Source: Amphiscolops sp. MND2022 (Eukaryota). From it: a DNA stretch of 64,000 bases. Within the stretch, counting starts at the first letter, position 1; each line of letters starts with the position of its first letter. A program made the translations under genes and the position numbers. Below, in pieces: positions 57,661 through 64,000 of the stretch. Where the stretch lies: NCBI GenBank assembly GCA_964187785.1, contig OZ076409.1, positions 98,892,001-98,956,000 on the forward strand, written 5' to 3'. Below the pieces are notes generated by a model. The model was not told where the DNA came from. It searched no databases and worked only from the letters and a program-made list of their open reading frames with translations.

Positions 57661-59267
57661 GTTGAAATGGCAACGGTTGAAATTGCATGAGATCAAATGT
57701 CCTGACATCAATTTTTGCTGCCTCGAAACGTACTTTTATTTCTATCGCTGTGCATTAGAAAAAAGTGGTTTGCGTTTCATGTTCAGGTTTCAAGAATTAG
57801 GAATATTTCGCAATTAGATTTTGATTTCACTCACATTCAATATGTGACAAGAAACTGCGAAGGTTGAACTTGGTCCGCCCCTTAGCGGAGAAAACAATTG
57901 TCTGTTAATTGAATTTTTCACATATGCCAGCGTGTTTTAATGGAACAGGAAAAATATTGTTTCATGGCAGGAAAGTCTAGGAGCATTGCATATGAAGACT
58001 CTTAAAATGCGCATCGGGACTTTGAATTCAAACAATCGTGCGAAAATATGTGTCCCTGAGCGGAAGCCTTATGGGTGTTGCGGTGTGTTTTTAGGGTGAA
58101 GAATCGAATAATGAATAAGGAAATCTCCCCTGAGAAATCCAGCGTCGCGTATCCGCTAGAGCGACAGATAATTTGTTGAAAATGCGTCTTCAAATCAAAA
58201 CTGAAACGTTGTCCCAGTGGTGAACAATTCACACCTTAGGGAGGTTATCTGAAGAAGCAACACCTAAATGTTCATTAGATTATTTGTCCCGCTGTTAAGT
58301 TCACCCGGGTTTTTATATGTATCAAAATGTCGGTATTTCCTTGAATATTCCGGTCGTTAAAAATATAAATACTTCGTCTGAAGAAACAGGTCATTGAAAA
58401 GTCGTAACGAAAATGAATTTTGCCAATTATGATATGAGTTTTGTCAATCAAATTTGGACAGGAGAAACTTGGCAACCTCTTAAAATTGCCAACTTGTGCC
58501 TTGAATTGAAAAGATTTCAAAACTTTCATTTGTTTTCAAAATTAATTGGAAGAATTTGAATGTACATTATTCGCGACTGCTATTTATGTCGAAAAGTTCA
58601 TCATGGAAATGAAATGGGTCACTCAAATGACTTTTAAAAATCACGTTGCCCTCTGGGAAATTTTCAGAGGTCAACTCTTTTGTCCAAATCTGATTGGAAC
58701 AATCATGCAAATATTTTTGTGGAGAGAAATCACTTTTTACCTCGAGAGAAACGAGTTCTCAGGGTTGGTCAAAAGAAAGACGACCCATTTCACTCACAGT
58801 GATTTTCTACAAATAGGTTAAAACTGTGAGCAGTTGAAATGGGGCATAGCGACAACTCATATCAAGCGACAACTGATATCAATTTGGAAAAGCGACAACT
58901 CATATCAAGCGATAACTCATATCAAATAGGAAAAAGCGACAACTCATCAGGTTTGCCAATGGGTTACAAATACCTGCATTGAACTTCAACAACCTTATAT
59001 GCAATTGAAAATTCTAGTTTATTGATAATTATCTCGCAATTTAGGCACTCTAGCCACCACAATTATTTTCTCCGCAACCCTTTGACGAAGGTGTGATAAA
59101 GAAATGAATATCCATGAATCTTGATATTCATGAAGAAATTTTGTTACTATTTCATAATTTCTAATAAATACTTGTCAATTATCTAATTTTCTCCAATTAT
59201 CTAATGAACTATTTGGAAGAATTTTTCTTATATATATTCGCTTTTTCAAATTGATATGAGTTGTCGC

Positions 59268-59700
59268 CAGGGGTGTTCAATAAATAATTATGGGTAAGAA
59301 TAATTATAATAAATAAAATAAAATAATTTATTTTTTCACTCAAAGGAATAAAAATAATTATATTTGGACCTCTTAAAATAAAAATAATTATTCCTGAGAT
59401 AACTAAAACTAAAAGCGCTTAATTCAACATATCGTCAGCCAATTAAATTCGGAAATACAGAAATCTTGAGCTAATTTCTAGAAATACCTTTGTTAAGTAC
59501 TTTGGGCTACTGACTCAAAAGGTCGTTAAGTTTAAATCAACTTAAATCAACTCAAGTTTTTGTTGATATCCATTTATGCTGAGAATAATAATTATTATTT
59601 TAGCAAAAAAATTAATAAAATTATTTTTTTTCCACCCTGAAACTAAAATAATTTATTTTCAAGCAATAATAATATTCGAATAAAATATTGAACACCCCTG
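59268..59700. mobile_element. hAT-type MITE, copy 2 (made by the tandem duplication)
   Basis: Same TIR, TSD and flanks as 57154-57586. Confidence 0.92.
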
Positions 59701-62536
59701 GTTGTCGCCTGATACGAGTTGTCGCTTTTTCCAATTGATATGAGTTGTCGCTTGATATGACTTGTCGCCGTACGGTTGAAATGGCAACGGTTGAAATTGC
59801 ATGAGATCAAATGTCCTGACACCAATTTTTGCTGCCTCGAAACGTACTTTTTTTTCTATCGCTGTGCATTAGAAAAAAGTGGTTTGCGTTTCATGTTCAG
59901 GTTTCAAGAATTAGGAATATTTCGCAATTAGATTTTGATTTCACTCACATTCAATATGTGACAAGAAACCGCGAAGGTTGAACTTGGTCCGCCCCTTAGC
60001 GGAGAAAACAATTGTCTGTTAATTGAATTTTTCACATATGCCAGCGTGTTTTAATGGAACAGGAAAAATATTGTTTCATGGCAGGAAAGTCTAGGAGCAT
60101 TGCATATGAAGACTCTTAAAATGCGCATCGGGACTTTGAATTCAAACAATCGTGCGAAAATATGTGTCCCTGAGCGGAAGCCTTATGGGTGTTGCGGTGT
60201 GTTTTTAGGGTGAAGAATCGAATAATGAATAAGGAAAGTCTCCCCTGAGAAATCCAGCGTCGCGTATCCGCTAGAGCGACAGATAATTTGTTGAAAATGC
60301 GTCTTCAAATCAAAACTGAAAAGTTGTCCCAGTGGTACACAATTCACACCTTAGGGGGGTTACCTGGAAAAGCAACGCCTAAATGTTCATTAGATTATTT
60401 GTCCCCCCTGGTAAGTTCACCCGGGTTTTTACATGTATCAAAATGTCGGTATTTCCTTGAATGTTCCGGTCATTAAAAGATTTAAATACTTCGTCTGAAG
60501 AAACAGGTCATTGAAAAGTCGTAACGAAAATGAATTTTGCCAATTATGATATGAGTTTTGTCAATCAAATTTGGACAGGAGAAACTTGGCAACCTCTTAA
60601 AATTGCCAACTTGTGCCTTGAATTGAAAAGATTTCAAAACTTTCATTTGTTTTCAAAATTAATTGGAAGAATTTGAATGTACATTATTCGCGACTGCTAA
60701 TTATGTCGAAAAGTTCATCATGGAAATGAAATGGGTCACTCAAATGACTTTTAAAAATCACGTTGCCCTCTGGGAAATTTTCAGAGGTCAACTCTTTTGT
60801 CCAAATCTGATTGGAACAATCATGCAATTGACTTGATTTTTTTTCAAATGACCCATTTCCCTTTTCACAAGAAATTTTCAACAATTATCAGTGGCGAATA
60901 TTCCGCATTCGAAATTTTCCATTTTTGGGAAACATATGAAAGTTTTCAATTTTTTCTAACTTTCAGCAAGTATTGTTGATTAAATCCTTGATTAATTCAA
61001 CACAGCAATCTTTGATCATCAACCGGAGAACAGGCAAAATAACTATTTCTTTGGGTCCAACAAAATGGTCCACAAAATGTTAACACAAAATGTTAACTTA
61101 CATTCAATGACAAGATCTTGGGAAACCCTCAAAACTTTGCTTTTTTGTAGAGAATAAATTCATGCTTCGAGGAAAATTTCAAGATACAGATGATTTCAAC
61201 CCCATAACTGATTGATTGGTAAAAACTTCGACGACATGAAAAGTATCTGAATTTCATTGTAACGACAATCTACCGCGAAGCTTGAATAAGTTACAGGAGT
61301 GGGAGGATCCTAAAGGGATGGGGCTTTGTTGCAAGTTACGGGCTCCCATCTACCAGTAGATCCATTTTGTCTCCCTCGGGTGAAATGTGTCCCATAAGGA
61401 GGGGTCCCGCTTCGTGAGGCAACGAACATTATTTCTTCTCAGAACCACACCACCGTTCCAATAGTTTTTTTAAAAACAATGTCAAGGAAATCATTCAATT
61501 TGCAGGAATAACAAGCCGAAGCTCTAAATCGCGAATAGTTAGTAGCTCAAGAGCTCCAGGCATAAACGCTGATAATCAGTACTGTTTGTTTTCTGCTACT
61601 GACCACTTTCGGTCAGCTTTCGACTGCTCTTTACCTCGTTTTCTAATCAAATCGACGGAAACAACAAAAAGATCGGTCACATGCTCAATGCCACGTCACA
61701 ATTTGAATTAGAATTTTTCAACAAACTTATTCATCCATCATTGATCATAGTCCGTATATTATGTAGAGAGAGACGTTACAAAATGAGTGTAGCAAACTCA
61801 TTGAAAATCTGTTAAAAGCTTTTCGGCGTCACACGTTTTCGATATCTCTCAAATACTACTTCACAAATTTATTCCTTTTTCACAAGTTTCATTTTGTTTT
61901 TGAGGGTAAAGAACAAAATCTTGACTAATAATTGTTCTTCATTGCTTTTTGAAATTTCTGAGATGCTTTTTGAATTTTTGAATTCTCATTTTGGGACTCG
62001 TTCTGCTTGAATGAAGAATTGCACAATCTTTAACGACATTTTTTTCGAAATTCTTACAATAGGATGCTCAAATGGTTACAACTATAATCGAATTTTGAAC
62101 AATGAACCCTTTAAACAAATTCTTTCAATTCTCGTGATTAGAAGGAGGTTTATTGGGAAGAATATACCTTTATATCTTGAGCCCTTTTTCTAGCACCCTT
62201 GTGATTAATTGAATTCTTCATCTACTTTTCACAGCGAAGCAGTTAGACGCTTGAGATTCACGCAGATTGATCCAAAATGATCTTTTTGCAGAAAAGTGTC
62301 TTTTATGTTGCAAAGCATCGACATCATTTTGTGAAGTGGCGGCATCGTAAACAAATTAGGCTGAAAGACGTTCTTTGAATGTGAGGTTTCTCGGAGCAAG
62401 ATGGTAAATTATTTTGAGAGTAATCACGTTCTAAAATGACGTTCATTTGAGAACGCGAACATTGCAGCCAAATATTTTATTATTGAGAGGAAGATTGCAT
62501 AATTAGGCACTGTACTTGAAGTGTGTACCGTCTTCA

Positions 62537-62820
62537 TTTTTCAGTCGGCGCTTTTCTAGAGAAAAGAGTCGACTATAGTCATGGCTTTTCGTCAGTGTTT
62601 TTTAAGACCACCTGAACTGACCAATATAGTTCTACCAAAAGTTCTACAAAATTTCAAATTTCACCTGTTGGCCCAGGGAACAACTGAACCAAAAAGTTTC
62701 CCGCATAGCATACAATGCCGGACGAGACCAAAGGCTCCCCCTTTCAGTTTTTTCGGCATTGCGAGACTTTTTTTCGGAAAAAAATTTTCCCCAAAGGGTC
62801 CCCCTTCAATTTTTTTGGGT
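62537..62820 (+). mobile_element. HINE/DINE-1-like element, 5' part
   Basis: TTTTTCAGTCGGCGCTTTTC...AAGAGTCGACTA and AAGGGTCCCCC blocks as in 29366-29891. Confidence 0.7.
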
Positions 62821-62884
62821 TTTACTAATCATATGATTTTCTGAAGAAAAAAACTTGCAAGAATTCCTTGTTACTACTATTCAC

Positions 62885-63753
62885 TTTTTAGTCTGCGCAT
62901 TTTACTCCGACTATTACAGTGGCGAATTGTTTGTCAGATGACAATCTCACTGTGAATGGTCAACTTTTTGTACATCTTTCATCTCCAACAGGCACTCCTG
63001 CGACTGCTGTGGTCCAGCACGCTATATCCGAACTTGTGACGTTATATCCGAAGTAACTTGCGTTTCACTAAAGATGAGACGGAGGTTCGAAAATATTGCG
63101 ATATATCCGAATTTTTGACGTCCTATTCGAGCTATGTGGCGTTTTATTACGGAGGAGGCAGAGTTTGGAAAGTTTTTGCGCTATATCCGAATTTTTTAAA
63201 AGTTTTGAATGTTCTAGCAGAAAGCTCAATGTTAAGAGTAGGAATCCTTGGAATGCGCACAGAAGCCTGTACCAGTAGTTGTATTTTTCAGGGACAGTGA
63301 AAGGTCAATTTTCTACGGACTTTGCGCCTGTGTTTTAAAGGATACGCAAGAATGCTAAAGTGTTACTGTGTCTTCAAAACTGCATGGGACAAACGGGTTT
63401 CCTTAAAGTTTTTTCTGTGCGACTTTTTTTTGCGAAATTTCTATCACCTCACAGCCGGTCCCCCTTCGATTTAAAAAAAAGTTTTTAGTTTAGGCAACAC
63501 GTTTCAAGAACGTGAAGTGTCCCCTTCAGGCTTTTCGGCACTGTGCGACTTTGTCAAAATTTTTGCTTATTTTGCTTGATATTTTTGATGTCTTCAATTA
63601 GTGAAGCGTTGAGCAAGAAAGGCACCCTTTGGGTGTTTCAATGCTTGTTTGTTTTTCATAGAGTTTTCCATTTAATGAAGTCCGAGCATATTTTAAAAAC
63701 TTGCGCTTTCTGAACCATATGTATGGCGCCGACTTGAGACGTTCCCGTTTTTT
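62885..63753 (+). mobile_element. HINE/DINE-1-like element, long variant
   Basis: TTTTTAGTCTGCGC...CCGACTA start; ATGGCGCCGACTTGAGACGTTCCCGTTTTTT end. Confidence 0.65.
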
Positions 63754-64000
63754 CATTAGTCATGTGATTATCTGTCTCACCCTCAAACATTGTTAAGTCA
63801 GGTGTCATATATGTGGTTATATGGAGCTTTCAAAAATGTCACCTAAAAAGTACAAGTCATTTAAGACCTACAATATGACAGAGGGGGCGGTAGACTTCGG
63901 CCCATTTCGCCACGGTCACATGCACCTAAGCGCACGAGCGAAGCGAAGCAAAGCGGAACGGAACGCCGCGTCATTACCGGTATAGCCGCCTGTTTTGACG

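Larger units (their letters stand above)
53260..57709. mobile_element. Mutator-like MITE (9-bp TSD) expanded by nested insertions
   Basis: AATTTTTGC at 53251-53259 and 57710-57718; inverted subterminal ATGCAATTTCAAC / GTTGAAATTGCAT arrays and CAGG/CCTG near both ends. Confidence 0.65.
56595..60825. repeat. Recent head-to-tail tandem duplication, 2114-bp unit (56595-58708, 58709-60825)
   Basis: Both units start AAATATTTTTGTGGAGAG and end AACAATCATGC; nested MITEs recur at exactly +2114. Confidence 0.95.

Noticed and set aside
63870..64000. GC-rich stretch with GCGAA/CGGAA repeats at window end
   Set aside because: Too little sequence to tell a promoter from the start of another element

Overview
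Repeat-dense eukaryotic (probably invertebrate animal) DNA with no recognisable intact host gene. Two unrelated Ty3/Gypsy LTR retrotransposons dominate, and both carry unusual accessory coding cargo. Element A (1-10767, 5' part outside the window) has a pol extended by an AT-hook, a Cys cluster and two degenerate TARG1-like macrodomains, then an uninterrupted 1426-aa extra ORF with an SGNH-like domain. Element B (29892-45168, TSD CTTGG, nested in a Helentron-type non-autonomous element) has 1.6-kb LTRs that encode the first ~214 codons of gag and the end of a 3' ORF, a -1 frameshift into a decayed pol, an antisense ORF block, a small acidic ORF with a Myc-box-IIIb-like motif, and three LTR copies from an internal rearrangement. 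A 2.7-kb insert at 53905-56587 carries an intronless JmjC (HxE...H) pseudo-ORF antisense to an LTR-like block, inside a set of nested MITEs. The rest is HINE/DINE-1-like elements, MITEs, a decayed hAT transposon, LINE and piggyBac-like relics and two ~2.1-2.4-kb tandem duplications. All domain calls are by-eye motif recognition, not database results.
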